This document shows positions 19,424 to 29,824 of a stretch of 64,000 bases of DNA, one piece after another. Position numbers and translations under genes: made by a program. The first letter of the stretch is position 1, and each line of letters opens with the position of its first letter. The notes under the pieces are model-generated. The model did no database searches and had not been told where the DNA came from. It saw only the letters and a list, made by a program, of their open reading frames with translations. The DNA is from a virus (taxonomy: Duplodnaviria > Caudoviricetes): the IMG/VR virus record IMGVR_UViG_2930248008_000005, positions 31,390-95,389 of that record; one strand, 5' to 3'.

Positions 19424-19681
19424 ATGGACAGCAAGACGATCCAGGAGGCATACACCGGGCGGGAGGAGGCCACCATGGACCGCGTGGTGCGCTTCCTGCG
19501 GGACAACTACGGCCACTCGGACGGCTCCCCGCTCACCGAGGAGCGCCTGCTGGAGCTGACGATCAAGCACGCCGACGTCATCCGGACCGCGATCACCCTG
19601 GGCTCGTTCGCCTACTACCCGGGCGACAAGATCGCCGCCGCAGAGAGGCTGGAGTACATCGGTCCCGACGACGAAGGCTGA
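19424..19681 (+). CDS. Hypothetical cassette protein
   Basis: Bounded by repeats. Confidence 0.7.
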   Translation: MDSKTIQEAYTGREEATMDRVVRFLRDNYGHSDGSPLTEERLLELTIKHADVIRTAITLGSFAYYPGDKIAAAERLEYIGPDDEG

Positions 19682-19757
19682 CCGCGCATGGACGGTGGCC
19701 GCCGGGTTCGCCCGGCGGCTCGCCGCCCGTCGCACGGACGGGAGAGATGAGGGCGAC

Positions 19758-20177
19758 ATGCGTAAGCCGACGTACGACGACCTGATGACGGCCCGGGGTG
19801 ACCGGATCGACCCGGAGGGGGTCTTCGACATCCTGCGCGATCTCCAGCGGACGGCAGCCGCCGCTGAGGCAGAGGAGGAGCCCGAGGACTTGGACTTGCT
19901 CGACCGGATCGAGTCGGTGAAGGCGCTGATCGAGGGACTGAACGGGACCGGCCTCGGCGCGGCGTACATCGCCGACCACCGGTGCACCCTGATCGCCGCC
20001 GACTACTTCGAGGAGTTCGCCCGCGACGAGGTCGAGGACACCTCGGGCATCCACCGCGACCACCCGGTGCTGTCGCACGTCAACTGGGCGGACTTCGCGG
20101 ACGCGCTGCGCCAGGACTACAAACCCGTGACGGTCGAGCTGGGCGAGTTCGCCGGCACGTGGTGGGTGCGCGGCTGA
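19758..20177 (+). CDS. ArdA C-terminal-like acidic protein (possible antirestriction)
   Basis: FEEFARDEVED...HVNWADFADALRQDY pattern. Confidence 0.5.
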   Translation: MRKPTYDDLMTARGDRIDPEGVFDILRDLQRTAAAAEAEEEPEDLDLLDRIESVKALIEGLNGTGLGAAYIADHRCTLIAADYFEEFARDEVEDTSGIHRDHPVLSHVNWADFADALRQDYKPVTVELGEFAGTWWVRG

Positions 20178-20258
20178 TCGTGCGGCTAATGGTGGTCGCC
20201 GGGCCGAGGTCCGGCGGCACGCCACCTGTCGCACGGACAGGAGGAAGGGAGGATCGAC

Positions 20259-20558
20259 ATGGAGCTGATCGACACTCGGCGCGAGTTCGTGGCCTTGGCC
20301 CGGCGGCTCGGAGTGCGACCGGACTGGCACGAGCCGGACGAGCGGGAGGTGGCCGCCCGCGTGCAGGGCAGCCACCTGGACAACGCGATGGGCGCAACCG
20401 GCGAGTGCGGCGAGCTGCGCGTGATCTTCTCGCAGGACGGCGAGGACATCGCAGCGGTCAATCTGGCGAACCTGTGCGCCTGGGCGAGTGTGCCCGCCGA
20501 CGAGGTGGCGGAGCGCGAGCGAGCCGAGGAGCAGATGTACGGGCGGGAGCGCGCCTGA
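20259..20558 (+). CDS. Hypothetical cassette protein
   Basis: Bounded by repeats; GGAGG RBS. Confidence 0.75.
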   Translation: MELIDTRREFVALARRLGVRPDWHEPDEREVAARVQGSHLDNAMGATGECGELRVIFSQDGEDIAAVNLANLCAWASVPADEVAERERAEEQMYGRERA

Positions 20559-20640
20559 TCGTGCACTGACGGTGCTGGCCGGACCGCGAGGTCCGGCCGG
20601 TGCCGCCCGCTGCACGGCGGGAGGATGCGAGGTCGGGACG

Positions 20641-20832
20641 GTGCCGGAGAAGACCTACGGCGAGCACAGCGCCGAGATGCGCGAGAAGTACGGAGAGGGT
20701 CTGACTGAAGCCCAGCACAACAAGGTGTACGCCTTTGCCTACGAGCGGGGGCACGCCTTCGGGTACAGCGAGGTCGAGAGCCACTACGAGGAGGTAGCCG
20801 AGTTGGCCCGAGGGCTGCTGGGGATCGACTGA
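20641..20832 (+). CDS. Small hypothetical cassette protein
   Basis: KVYAFAYERGHAFGYSEV motif; bounded by repeats. Confidence 0.7.
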   Translation: MPEKTYGEHSAEMREKYGEGLTEAQHNKVYAFAYERGHAFGYSEVESHYEEVAELARGLLGID

Positions 20833-20908
20833 CGTACGCCGACGGTGCCACGCGGGCCGCAGGGTCCGCGCGGTGCCGCCCGCGCACGGCGGGAGAATGA
20901 GGGCACTC

Positions 20909-21388
20909 GTGGACGAGAAGTTTCACAGCAGGCACCTGGGCCACGACATCTACCGGAAGCACGGGACGGGCTACTTCACGGTGTGGCTCTCCGGTAAGGG
21001 CAACCGGGTAGCGGACACGCTGGACGGCGCGCACGAGTGGGTGCGCGAGCACCTGACCGAAGAGATGCGGAAGGCCATTGACGCCGCCCGGGGGCGCGGA
21101 CTGGCGACGATGGCCCGCGAGGAGATCGAGAGCCACGCGCGGCACTCGCTGTTCTTCGTGCGGGTCGCCGACGACCTGGCCGCCGGGAGGGTGGCGGTCA
21201 ACGAGTTCTACGTCTACGCGACCCGAGACGGCGACCGCCTGGAGGCGACGCTCGGGGCGTACAGCAGGGGTGCCGACGAGGCGATCGAGCTGGCGCAACG
21301 CGAGGGCGTTTACGCCGACGAGGTGTGGGTGCTGGCGGGCCACGCCGGTGCCTGGTGTGAGGTGGAGCCTCGTCAGGGCATCGCCTGA
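20909..21388 (+). CDS. Hypothetical cassette protein
   Basis: Bounded by repeats. Confidence 0.7.
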   Translation: MDEKFHSRHLGHDIYRKHGTGYFTVWLSGKGNRVADTLDGAHEWVREHLTEEMRKAIDAARGRGLATMAREEIESHARHSLFFVRVADDLAAGRVAVNEFYVYATRDGDRLEATLGAYSRGADEAIELAQREGVYADEVWVLAGHAGAWCEVEPRQGIA

Positions 21389-21467
21389 CCGCGCGCTGAT
21401 GGTGGTGCCCGGCCGCGTGCCGGGCACTCGCCACCTCCGCGTGGGAGGAGAGAGACGAGGTAGCACC

Positions 21468-21938
21468 ATGACCATGCCGCTGACCCGGGGTGGCGTCATG
21501 CCGATCCCGGTCCCGACGACCATCAACCACCTCGTGGTGATGGGGGCCATGCCCGTCCAGGCGCGCCACGGCGAGCGCTGCCACCAGTGGGTCGTGATGT
21601 GCCACGACCCGGAGCGACCGGCGGGGCGCGACTACGTCACCTGGCGGGTCGGCTGCGACGGGCCGGGAGACCACTACGGCGCGTTCGTCGCCTTCGAGGG
21701 TGAGTACGACCTGAGCGAGGATCGGGCTCTGCGGAGCATGGTCAAGCGGGCCAAGTTCCGGCCGGTCCGAGAGGGCGAGATCACGGAGGGCGAGGAGGCC
21801 CTGGCGGCGGTGCTCGACATGGTCGCCCGGGTGCGCAACTCCCCCGACTGCGAGGAGATCACCGTCGAGGACGTGCGGGAGCTGGTACCGCACAGCGTCT
21901 TCAAGCTGCTCTGTCCGTTCCGGGTGGAGGGCGACTGA
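21468..21938 (+). CDS. Hypothetical cassette protein
   Basis: Bounded by repeats. Confidence 0.7.
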   Translation: MTMPLTRGGVMPIPVPTTINHLVVMGAMPVQARHGERCHQWVVMCHDPERPAGRDYVTWRVGCDGPGDHYGAFVAFEGEYDLSEDRALRSMVKRAKFRPVREGEITEGEEALAAVLDMVARVRNSPDCEEITVEDVRELVPHSVFKLLCPFRVEGD

Positions 21939-22020
21939 TCCGTGCGCGAACGGTGCTCGCCGGGCCGAGGTCCGGCGGGATGCCGCCCGTCGCACGGACG
22001 GGAGGAAGCGAGGCTCGACC

Positions 22021-22317
22021 ATGAGCGACGACGAGTACGTGAACCACACCTACACCTTCGACGCACCGGCCACCGTGACGCTGCACGTCGAGGCGGACAG
22101 CGAGCAAGAGGCGTGGGCCAAGGTGCGGGCGGCGCTCGGGGCGGAGAACCCCGACATCGAGTTCGCCCCCGGGGTGATCGTGCACGAGCTGGCAATCGGC
22201 GAGGCCCACGTGGACTGGAGCGTGGCCGAGGTGGCCCTGTCCAGCGGGCCGGCGGACACCGAGGACGACGGCGGGGACGACCCGGACGACGAGGTCGACC
22301 ACGACTCCACGCGCTGA
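22021..22317 (+). CDS. Acidic hypothetical cassette protein
   Basis: VEADSEQEA motif; bounded by repeats. Confidence 0.7.
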   Translation: MSDDEYVNHTYTFDAPATVTLHVEADSEQEAWAKVRAALGAENPDIEFAPGVIVHELAIGEAHVDWSVAEVALSSGPADTEDDGGDDPDDEVDHDSTR

Positions 22318-22381
22318 TGGTGCTGGCCGGGTGCTGCCCGGCCGGTGCCACCGCCGCGTGGCGGAGAAAGGCAGGGAAGCG

Positions 22382-22909
22382 GTGACTTCCTACAGCATCT
22401 ACTACCCGCAGTCCGACGACCCGCAGGAGGTGTGGCGGTCGCGGGTGGAGACCTTCCTGAGCGGCGCCGCCCGAAGCTTCCTCGACACGGCCGAGGTCGT
22501 CACCGAGGAGGAGGACCCTGCCGAGACGGAGGAGGCGTACGCCGTGTGGTGGCACTCCGAGCGGCGGGGCTGGGAACTGGACGCGATCCACCCGGACGAC
22601 CGGCCGCGGTTCGTCAAGCGGCTCGGAGACTTCGCGGGCGAGAACCCGGGCGACCTGGCCCTGGTGGTCAACCAGATCCTGGAGGACGCGCGTCGGCTCG
22701 GGCACGCCTACGTCCACGACGTCGACACCGCCTGGTACCGGGCGGGCGAGCTGTACATCTACAACTCGCAAGGCCAGGGCATCGGGCTCTGGGAGCACGG
22801 CGACGCCGGCAAGCGACTGAGCGAGCGCATCGGCTACCACCCGGTGCGCGGGTTCACCTACCCGCCGGGCGACGAGCGCGGCCGATACGTGCAGATCGAG
22901 GAAATCTGA
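22382..22909 (+). CDS. Hypothetical cassette protein
   Basis: Bounded by repeats. Confidence 0.7.
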   Translation: MTSYSIYYPQSDDPQEVWRSRVETFLSGAARSFLDTAEVVTEEEDPAETEEAYAVWWHSERRGWELDAIHPDDRPRFVKRLGDFAGENPGDLALVVNQILEDARRLGHAYVHDVDTAWYRAGELYIYNSQGQGIGLWEHGDAGKRLSERIGYHPVRGFTYPPGDERGRYVQIEEI

Positions 22910-22989
22910 CCGTGCGCTGACGGTGGGGCATCCGGTGCGGCCGGGTGCCCGCGCCACCACTGCATGGGTGGAGGAAGAGAGGGCCGGTC

Positions 22990-23382
22990 ATGGCCAACCT
23001 GTTCAGCTTCGTCGCCGAGATTCGCCGAATGGCGACCGATGGTGACCTGGCCCGCCTGGCGATGCCGGGGGTCAGGCTTTCGCAGATCAACAGGCTCAGC
23101 CTCAGCGGTACGTCGTACCTCGCCGAGGTTCGTGACGAGCTGGCCGACTTCGTTGAGGAGCACGGCCGACTCCCGCGCGAGGCGGAGCCGGACGAGATTG
23201 CCGCAGCCCCGCTGGGCACCCGCGACGACGCCCACGTATGGGCGCTGTTCGTCGGGCTGGGCGGCTGGCTCGATGAGGACGCGCCGAACCGCTCTCTGAC
23301 CACCGACGGGGCCACCCGCACGCTGGAGGGCATCGGGCGGCGGCTGGTCTACGCCCTGCTCGAACAGGCAGAGGAAGCCTGA
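22990..23382 (+). CDS. Hypothetical protein, paralog of 28322-28729
   Basis: Shared YLA..RD.LAD / W..F..L / LTTDG...LE.IG blocks. Confidence 0.7.
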   Translation: MANLFSFVAEIRRMATDGDLARLAMPGVRLSQINRLSLSGTSYLAEVRDELADFVEEHGRLPREAEPDEIAAAPLGTRDDAHVWALFVGLGGWLDEDAPNRSLTTDGATRTLEGIGRRLVYALLEQAEEA

Positions 23383-23474
23383 ACGCTCCCCGCTCGGGTG
23401 ATGGTGGCCGCCGGACTCCAGCCCGGCGGCGCGCCACCGTCGAGCGAACAACTGGACGGAGAGGGAGCCGAGAG

Positions 23475-23936
23475 ATGGGCAACAACATTGCGGACCGGCG
23501 CGACGTGGCGGTGCTGACGGTTCGCGGCCGAGGCTTCCGCGTGGAGCGGATTGCCTGGAAGAACAGCGACGGTCTGTCGTTCGACGTGCACGACGTGGCG
23601 ACGGGCGTCTGCCTGACGGCCGAGTCGTACGACTGGCAGCCGCGCGAGGGTGACGTGGTGGAGTTGCTGGACCGCCTCAAGAGCGGCCTGGAGGACGGGA
23701 CGCTCGACCCGCTCGACCACGACAGAGCCGAGCTGGCCACGGTGCTCGGCATCGAGTTGCTGCACGAGGGCGACGAGGACGGCGGCGACGACGAGGGAGG
23801 CGCGGACGGGCGCGAGGTGAACTGGCAGTGCCCGGGGTGCTTTGCCGTCTTCTACGTCGGTGAGGAAGACCTGGCGGTCGACCACGTGCAGATTCACTGC
23901 GACAAGGTCGACGGCGCGGGTCGGGCGCTGAGCTGA
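23475..23936 (+). CDS. Hypothetical cassette protein with a CxxC..H Zn motif
   Basis: Bounded by repeats. Confidence 0.7.
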   Translation: MGNNIADRRDVAVLTVRGRGFRVERIAWKNSDGLSFDVHDVATGVCLTAESYDWQPREGDVVELLDRLKSGLEDGTLDPLDHDRAELATVLGIELLHEGDEDGGDDEGGADGREVNWQCPGCFAVFYVGEEDLAVDHVQIHCDKVDGAGRALS

Positions 23937-24021
23937 CCGTACGAGTGATGGTGGCCGCCGGGCTGAGGTTCGGCGGCGCGCCACCGTCGAGCGGATGACT
24001 GACACGGAGAGAGGGCCAACG

Positions 24022-24297
24022 ATGAAGACGCCGCCGAGGGCTCGGCAGGAGACCGCCGAGGAGATGCGGAGGCACGGCTACACACAGGGTGCGGTCGACG
24101 GCATCCTGCACATCCGCAGCCTGGACGACGAACAGGTCCTCGCGGCAGCACGGAGCGTCGACAGCGACGCTCACAAGGCGATCCTCGCGCGCATGGGTCC
24201 CCGTACCAACCCGTTCTGGATCACCGGTGCGTGCGCGGAGGAGGCGTACCTGCGCGGGCTGATTGACGAACGGGAGTTCGATCACCTCAGCGACTGA
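24022..24297 (+). CDS. Hypothetical cassette protein
   Basis: Bounded by repeats. Confidence 0.7.
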   Translation: MKTPPRARQETAEEMRRHGYTQGAVDGILHIRSLDDEQVLAAARSVDSDAHKAILARMGPRTNPFWITGACAEEAYLRGLIDEREFDHLSD

Positions 24298-24382
24298 GCA
24301 CCCCGCTCGGGTGATGGTGGCGCACCGGCTTCGGTCGGTGCGCTCGCCACCTGTCGAGCGGCAGGAGGAAGTGAGGACGATC

Positions 24383-24856
24383 GTGAACGGGCGGGACATC
24401 CGGAGGACGGGGGTCGGCTACCTGGCCGACGGCTACTTCTCGGCAGCCGAGGTCGGCGAGGAGAACATCTGCGACCACGTGACCGTCGGCGAGGACGACG
24501 GCGGACGTATCCCGGTCACCATGGTCGAGATCATCCGCTGGTCGGAGTTCGAGATCGGGCCGTGGGCGAGAGCGACGGTGCGCCAGCTCGACGCGGTGAA
24601 GCGGACGATCTGCGTCAACTACGGCGCGGCCGGGGTCAACCACCGGGACGAGGACTTCACCGGCGACGGGCTGCTGGAGGTCGAGTGGGTGGCGTGGGCC
24701 GAGGGGCACAAGCCCCTCGGCGAGGTGCTGGATTTCATCCGGAGGATCGTCCCCGAGGGGCCGGTCGGCTTCCACAACAACTCCAACGGAGCGTACGGAG
24801 CGACCGGCAACGTGGTCCGGGAGGTCCGCGAGGCCGTAGCTGCGGTGGAGGGCTGA
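24383..24856 (+). CDS. Hypothetical protein (first of a two-gene unit)
   Basis: Follows a repeat. Confidence 0.7.
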   Translation: MNGRDIRRTGVGYLADGYFSAAEVGEENICDHVTVGEDDGGRIPVTMVEIIRWSEFEIGPWARATVRQLDAVKRTICVNYGAAGVNHRDEDFTGDGLLEVEWVAWAEGHKPLGEVLDFIRRIVPEGPVGFHNNSNGAYGATGNVVREVREAVAAVEG

Positions 24857-24859
24857 GCG

Positions 24860-25201
24860 GTGGACGCGCTCACGCCGGCATACGAGATCGAGCACCCGCG
24901 CGGATGGCGGCGGCTGTACCGGATGCCCAACGGACTCGGCGCGTCGGTCATCCCCCGCCAGCCAGCGATCCCCGGATACGCGGCTGGCACCGTGGACGTA
25001 CTGGTCGTCGAGTGGACCGGGAACGACCCAGACGACCACATCGAGCACCTGCCCAAGGACTGGCAGGTGGTCGAGGACTTCGTGCGAGCGGTCGACAGTC
25101 AGGGGGGTGATGTCTACTACGGCAACGGCGGATGCGAGTTGCAATGCGTCCCGGAGCACGAGCTGCTCGGGCTGCTGACGCTGATCTCGCGAATGCCCTG
25201 A
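24860..25201 (+). CDS. Hypothetical protein
   Basis: YRMPNGLGASVI motif; GGAGG RBS. Confidence 0.7.
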   Translation: MDALTPAYEIEHPRGWRRLYRMPNGLGASVIPRQPAIPGYAAGTVDVLVVEWTGNDPDDHIEHLPKDWQVVEDFVRAVDSQGGDVYYGNGGCELQCVPEHELLGLLTLISRMP

Positions 25202-25277
25202 TCGTGCGCTGATGGTGGCGCGCCGGGGTGACCGGCGCGCTCGCCACCGCCGCACGGGCGGAGAGGCGAGGTGCAAG

Positions 25278-25601
25278 GTGAGCGACAGGAAGACGGAGAT
25301 TCAGGTCGGGCTGCCTGAGCAGGAGGCGCGGCGGCCCGAGTCGGGCTACGGCCTGAGCCTGATCGCCGACGGTGTGAGCTGGCAGGGGACGAAGGCCACG
25401 ATCATCGAGAAGGCGATCAGTGACATGCTGCGCCACGACTACGACGGCGCGGTGGAGGACGTTGTGGTCTACGAGGAGGGTCCGACTAGCAGAACGGTCA
25501 CCCGGATCAGCGGCGACGTGGTCGAGGTCAACAGCCTGAGGCTCACGTTCGCCGGTGGCCGCGAGGTCGAGCTGGACGGCATCCTCGCGATCCACTTCTG
25601 A
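25278..25601 (+). CDS. Hypothetical cassette protein
   Basis: Bounded by repeats. Confidence 0.7.
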   Translation: MSDRKTEIQVGLPEQEARRPESGYGLSLIADGVSWQGTKATIIEKAISDMLRHDYDGAVEDVVVYEEGPTSRTVTRISGDVVEVNSLRLTFAGGREVELDGILAIHF

Positions 25602-25676
25602 CGTGCGCTGATGGTGGCCGCCGAGCATGGCTCGGCGGCGCGCCACCGCCGCACGGCGGAGAGGTGAGGTGACGAA

Positions 25677-26111
25677 GTGAAGATCAGCGAGTACATGGCG
25701 GCGGGAACGGCCGAGCGCGCGAAGGCACGGGCGGCGCTGAGCCGGCGGGTCAACAACGGGACGCGGCGACTGCGGCGCATGACCGAGGTCGAAATCGCCG
25801 ATGCCGCCAGGGCGCGCTTCCCCGAGGCCGTCAAGGTGCGCGTGTCGGTGGATGAGGGCGACGACGTGTGGTGCATGGCGGCAGGGATCTACGGGCCGCG
25901 CGGCAGGCGGCTGGTCCTGGAGGACTACGACCTCAACCCCCAGCTCGACCGCACCATCCAGGACCTGGTCGAGGAAGCCTGGGAGGAGGGCGGCAAGGAC
26001 GACTGGCCCCACATCGACCGCGAGGACGACGAGGACTACCCCGACAGCTTCGACGTGCGCGAAATCCGACTGCCCCGGCGGCCGAGTGGCGCAGGGCTGA
26101 CGGAGGGCTGA
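25677..26111 (+). CDS. Hypothetical cassette protein
   Basis: Bounded by repeats. Confidence 0.7.
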   Translation: MKISEYMAAGTAERAKARAALSRRVNNGTRRLRRMTEVEIADAARARFPEAVKVRVSVDEGDDVWCMAAGIYGPRGRRLVLEDYDLNPQLDRTIQDLVEEAWEEGGKDDWPHIDREDDEDYPDSFDVREIRLPRRPSGAGLTEG

Positions 26112-26189
26112 ACCGTACGGGAGATGGTGCCGGCCGGGTGACGCCCGGCCGGTCGCCACCGCCGCACGGGCGGAGGAAGTGAGGCGGAG

Positions 26190-26603
26190 ATGGATGACAG
26201 GGAGTTCCTGTTCGACGCGGCGGTGACGGCGACCTTCGCGGTGACCGCACCGACGCTGCTCGATGCGGCGGCCAAGGTCCGCGAGATCCAGGAAGCCGAC
26301 CCGGACGACCTCGACGACGGCGTGCTGCTGCGCTCGCTGTCCTGGGGCATCCAGGTCGACGGTGAGCTGGTCCAGGTAATCGACGGGGGCATGAGCGATC
26401 CGGTCACCCTCGACCGGATGAGCGACCCGGCCACGCGGGGAGAAGATGTCGACCCCGAGCGGCTGGTCGCTGCCATCGGCGAATACCGCGCCGCGCTACG
26501 GACGGGCCGGGTGGACGCGGAGGCGGGCGCGCTGCGGCTGCTGGCCAACCTGGCGCTGGAGCGATGGCCGGAGGTCGCAGAGCGACTGCCGGACGGGCTC
26601 TGA
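26190..26603 (+). CDS. Hypothetical cassette protein
   Basis: Bounded by repeats. Confidence 0.7.
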   Translation: MDDREFLFDAAVTATFAVTAPTLLDAAAKVREIQEADPDDLDDGVLLRSLSWGIQVDGELVQVIDGGMSDPVTLDRMSDPATRGEDVDPERLVAAIGEYRAALRTGRVDAEAGALRLLANLALERWPEVAERLPDGL

Positions 26604-26684
26604 TCGTGCGGGTGATGGTGGTGCGCCGGGCTGCGGCTCGGCGCGCTCGCCACCGTGGCACGACGGAGGAATGGAGGGCGGAGC

Positions 26685-26921
26685 GTGGCGGAGAGGTTCG
26701 GGCCGCTGAATGCGGCTCAGGAGCGAACGCTGGAGCATTACGAGGCGCTCGGGAGCGTGCAGACGTGGTACGCCGGCCGAGTGCGGGATGACGACTCGGT
26801 GGAGGTCGTGGGTCTGGGCGAGGACTTCATCTGGGCGCTGGTCATCGAGCACGACGGCGAGGTGGCCACCTACGAGGCGCACATCGATCCAAAAACCTGG
26901 CAGACCGGCATCACCTGCTGA
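26685..26921 (+). CDS. Hypothetical cassette protein
   Basis: Bounded by repeats. Confidence 0.7.
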   Translation: MAERFGPLNAAQERTLEHYEALGSVQTWYAGRVRDDDSVEVVGLGEDFIWALVIEHDGEVATYEAHIDPKTWQTGITC

Positions 26922-27002
26922 CCGTGTGCTGACGGTGCGGCATCGGGCGAAGGTCCGGTGCGGCGCCGCCCGCCGCACGGACGGGAGGAAGCGAGGAGTC
27001 TG

Positions 27003-27470
27003 ATGGAGATGTACACGGTCGTCGGGGTGTGGCTGAACAATGCGCCGCTCGCGGTCGCCTCGCTGGGCCGCCCGACCCGCACCGACTGGGCCGGCGGCCT
27101 GACCGATGCCTTCCCCAGTGAGTTTCCGCAGGGATCGTGGGTGGAGCTGGTCCTTGCCGACTCGCACGATGCGGCGCAGCGGCGGGCCGAGGAGCTGATG
27201 CGGGCGAACGACGAGAGCGGCGACGACGGCCAGGAGGGCGACGCGGGCGACGACGAGGGTGACGAGGACGGCCACTCCGCTGGCGACGGCTGCGGCATCT
27301 ACGACACGGGCTATTGGGTCGAGACCGATGACGGCGGCTGTGCGGTCGAGGACCTGGAGGTGGGCGACGTCTTCGAGGACCGCGCTTACCCGGGTGACCG
27401 CTGGATCGCCAGCGAGGTCGTGGTCGTGGGCGACGACGTGCACGTTGACGTCGAGCGAGCCGACGACTGA
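27003..27470 (+). CDS. Acidic hypothetical cassette protein
   Basis: Bounded by repeats. Confidence 0.7.
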   Translation: MEMYTVVGVWLNNAPLAVASLGRPTRTDWAGGLTDAFPSEFPQGSWVELVLADSHDAAQRRAEELMRANDESGDDGQEGDAGDDEGDEDGHSAGDGCGIYDTGYWVETDDGGCAVEDLEVGDVFEDRAYPGDRWIASEVVVVGDDVHVDVERADD

Positions 27471-27557
27471 TCCACCGCGCGCTGACGGTGACGGCCGGGC
27501 TACGAGCCCGGCCGGTCGCCGCCCGCCGCGCGGCGGGAGAAGGTGAGGATGGGATCG

Positions 27558-27941
27558 ATGGCGGTTCCGAGTGCGGATGAGCTGGACCGGATGTCGGACG
27601 ACGAGCTGTTGGCGGCATTGAGGGCCTACCAGGACGCATACGACCGGCGGACGGAGAGCAAGTTGCTGCGGGTCGTCACAGAACAACTGGCGGCCTCCGG
27701 CGAGCTGGAGGCCGACGAGGAGCCGATCAAGGTCCTGTTCGACCCCTACAACTACCCCAACGGCTGGTACTACAAGGAGCGCAGCGCCCGGGTCTACCTC
27801 AAGGGCGATGAGGAGCCGTTCCTGTTCGACTTCGAGGGCGATGAGGTCAGCGGCCTGCTCGGCACGCTGAGCTACGAGGCCGGGGAGAAAACGGAATTGG
27901 TCGTCAACCTGGTTGACGGCACGGTCGACCACCTGGGATGA
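27558..27941 (+). CDS. Hypothetical cassette protein
   Basis: Bounded by repeats. Confidence 0.7.
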   Translation: MAVPSADELDRMSDDELLAALRAYQDAYDRRTESKLLRVVTEQLAASGELEADEEPIKVLFDPYNYPNGWYYKERSARVYLKGDEEPFLFDFEGDEVSGLLGTLSYEAGEKTELVVNLVDGTVDHLG

Positions 27942-28022
27942 CCGCGCACTGACGGTGGCCGCCGGGCTTCGGGTCCGGCGGCTCGCCGCCTGCCGCGCGG
28001 CAGGAGAAAGGAGCGCCGAAGG

Positions 28023-28256
28023 ATGGCGCAGGCAAGCACGATCGAGTACGCGATCAGCCGGGACGGCGGCGAGACCTTCACGGTCCTGGAAGCGGGGGTG
28101 CCGTCGGAGCGGTTCACTCCGATCGTCGAACGGATCACCACGAACCGGAACACCCAGCCCGAGCTGAACAACGACGCCCTGCTGATCCGCGACCTCGACT
28201 CTCGGACCGTCTGGCGCCTGCGGGCCGAGGGAGCCGCACTGCCCGCCGCTTCGTGA
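28023..28256 (+). CDS. Hypothetical cassette protein
   Basis: Bounded by repeats. Confidence 0.7.
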   Translation: MAQASTIEYAISRDGGETFTVLEAGVPSERFTPIVERITTNRNTQPELNNDALLIRDLDSRTVWRLRAEGAALPAAS

Positions 28257-28321
28257 TGGTGGGGCACCGGCCGCCGCCGGTGCCCTCGCCACCTCCGAGC
28301 GGAGGAGAGAGTGAGGACGAC

Positions 28322-28729
28322 ATGGGAGCCTTGTCCGACCTGGAGATCGTCCTGCGGGGCCTGCGGTGCCTCCAGCCGGAAGAACTGGCCGACCTGGCCC
28401 CGATGGCCGGCACGGGTCGCCCGAGCGGGCCGGAGACGCCCGGGGCGCACTACCTGGCGAGCCTGCGCGACGTGCTGGCCGACAAGATCGAGAGAGACGG
28501 CGGTGCGCCGGATCCCGAGCTGGTGCCGGCGACGGTCAGCGTCTGGGACGTGGTTCCGGATGGGCGCACCGCCTGGGACACCTTCCTCGACCTGGAGGCG
28601 TTCCACACCGACCACGCGCGCAAGCACCACCTGACGACAGACGGCGTGCGCATCGTGCTCGAACTGATCGGGTGCGACTTCTGGCGGGAACTGCTCACCG
28701 CCCACGTGCCGGAGCGGTTCTACCTCTGA
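28322..28729 (+). CDS. Hypothetical protein, paralog of 22990-23382
   Basis: Type A repeat upstream, first type B repeat downstream. Confidence 0.7.
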   Translation: MGALSDLEIVLRGLRCLQPEELADLAPMAGTGRPSGPETPGAHYLASLRDVLADKIERDGGAPDPELVPATVSVWDVVPDGRTAWDTFLDLEAFHTDHARKHHLTTDGVRIVLELIGCDFWRELLTAHVPERFYL

Positions 28730-28799
28730 CCTGACCGCTTCCGCCGCGCCTCGAACTGCCGGGGCGCGTGCGGTGGCCGCCAGGGCCAAGATGGAGGAG

Positions 28800-29105
28800 A
28801 TGAACGTGAAGCTGACGTTCGAGTGGGACGTGGCAGAACAGCACAAGCTGGAGATCGAGCTGGACGACCTGTTCGACTGGCTGGTCCGGGAGGGCGTGCT
28901 CGACAAGAACGACCCGCGAACCCTGGAGACGCTCCAGGAGGTCTACAACGACACATGCGAAATCGAGAAGTTGCTGTGGATCTCGCAGGGCAAGGACACC
29001 GTCGTCCGTCGCGGCGTGAGAGGACTGACCTCCCACCCGTTCGAGACGCCGGAGCCCCGGGCGGAGCACCCGCACGACCACGGCGACTACAGCGACGTGC
29101 AGTGA
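28800..29105 (+). CDS. Hypothetical cassette protein
   Basis: Bounded by type B repeats. Confidence 0.7.
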   Translation: MNVKLTFEWDVAEQHKLEIELDDLFDWLVREGVLDKNDPRTLETLQEVYNDTCEIEKLLWISQGKDTVVRRGVRGLTSHPFETPEPRAEHPHDHGDYSDVQ

Positions 29106-29179
29106 TCGCCTGACCGCTTCCGTCCGGCCCGCCTGACGCGGGCCGGGCAGTGGCCGCCAGGCCAGGACGAGGAGGAGAG

Positions 29180-29356
29180 ATGGACGAGCAGCAGCCGGAG
29201 GAGCCCGCCAAGCTGGACCACCAGCAGCTCATGAACATGCTGCGTGACAAGGCCGCAGAGCACGGCTGGTCGGTCGACTGGAGCTTCAAGGGCGACCAGT
29301 ACGGCAACGGCGACCAGGAATACCAGGTCTGGTTCACGCCGACGAGCAGCACCTGA
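29180..29356 (+). CDS. Small hypothetical cassette protein
   Basis: Bounded by type B repeats. Confidence 0.7.
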   Translation: MDEQQPEEPAKLDHQQLMNMLRDKAAEHGWSVDWSFKGDQYGNGDQEYQVWFTPTSST

Positions 29357-29431
29357 CCGCTTCCGCCGCGCCCCGGGAACCGTGCGCCCCGGGGCGTGCG
29401 CGGTGGCCGCCAGGGCCAAGATGGAGGAGAA

Positions 29432-29752
29432 GTGGATCCGAAGACGAACGGCTCGACCGTGCGGCAGTTTCTCGACCTGTCGACGAGCCACCTGCCCGAG
29501 AAGGTCTGCGACGGTCTCGGCGGCTACCCCGGCGTGACGGCGTACGAGCACACGGCGTACGGCTGGTTCGTGTGGGCGCCGAGTGACCCGAACCTCGACA
29601 TCTACGAGAAGGTGCCCGAGGAAATCAAGGCGATCTGGCGGCATGCGCGCAAGCTCGGCTGCGAGTACGTGCTGCTGGAGCGGGACGCTGATGACGACCC
29701 CAACCTGCCGACGTGGAACTGGAGTACGGGCGAGCGCCACGACCCTGCCTGA
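29432..29752 (+). CDS. DUF5983-like protein
   Basis: FLDLSTSHL..YGWFVW..PE.I..I...AR..GCEYVLLERD. Confidence 0.6.
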   Translation: MDPKTNGSTVRQFLDLSTSHLPEKVCDGLGGYPGVTAYEHTAYGWFVWAPSDPNLDIYEKVPEEIKAIWRHARKLGCEYVLLERDADDDPNLPTWNWSTGERHDPA

Positions 29753-29824
29753 CCGCTTCCGTCCGGCCCGCCCTTCGGGGCGGGCCGCGGCGGTGGCCGC
29801 CAGGGCCAGGACGGAGGCAGCGAG

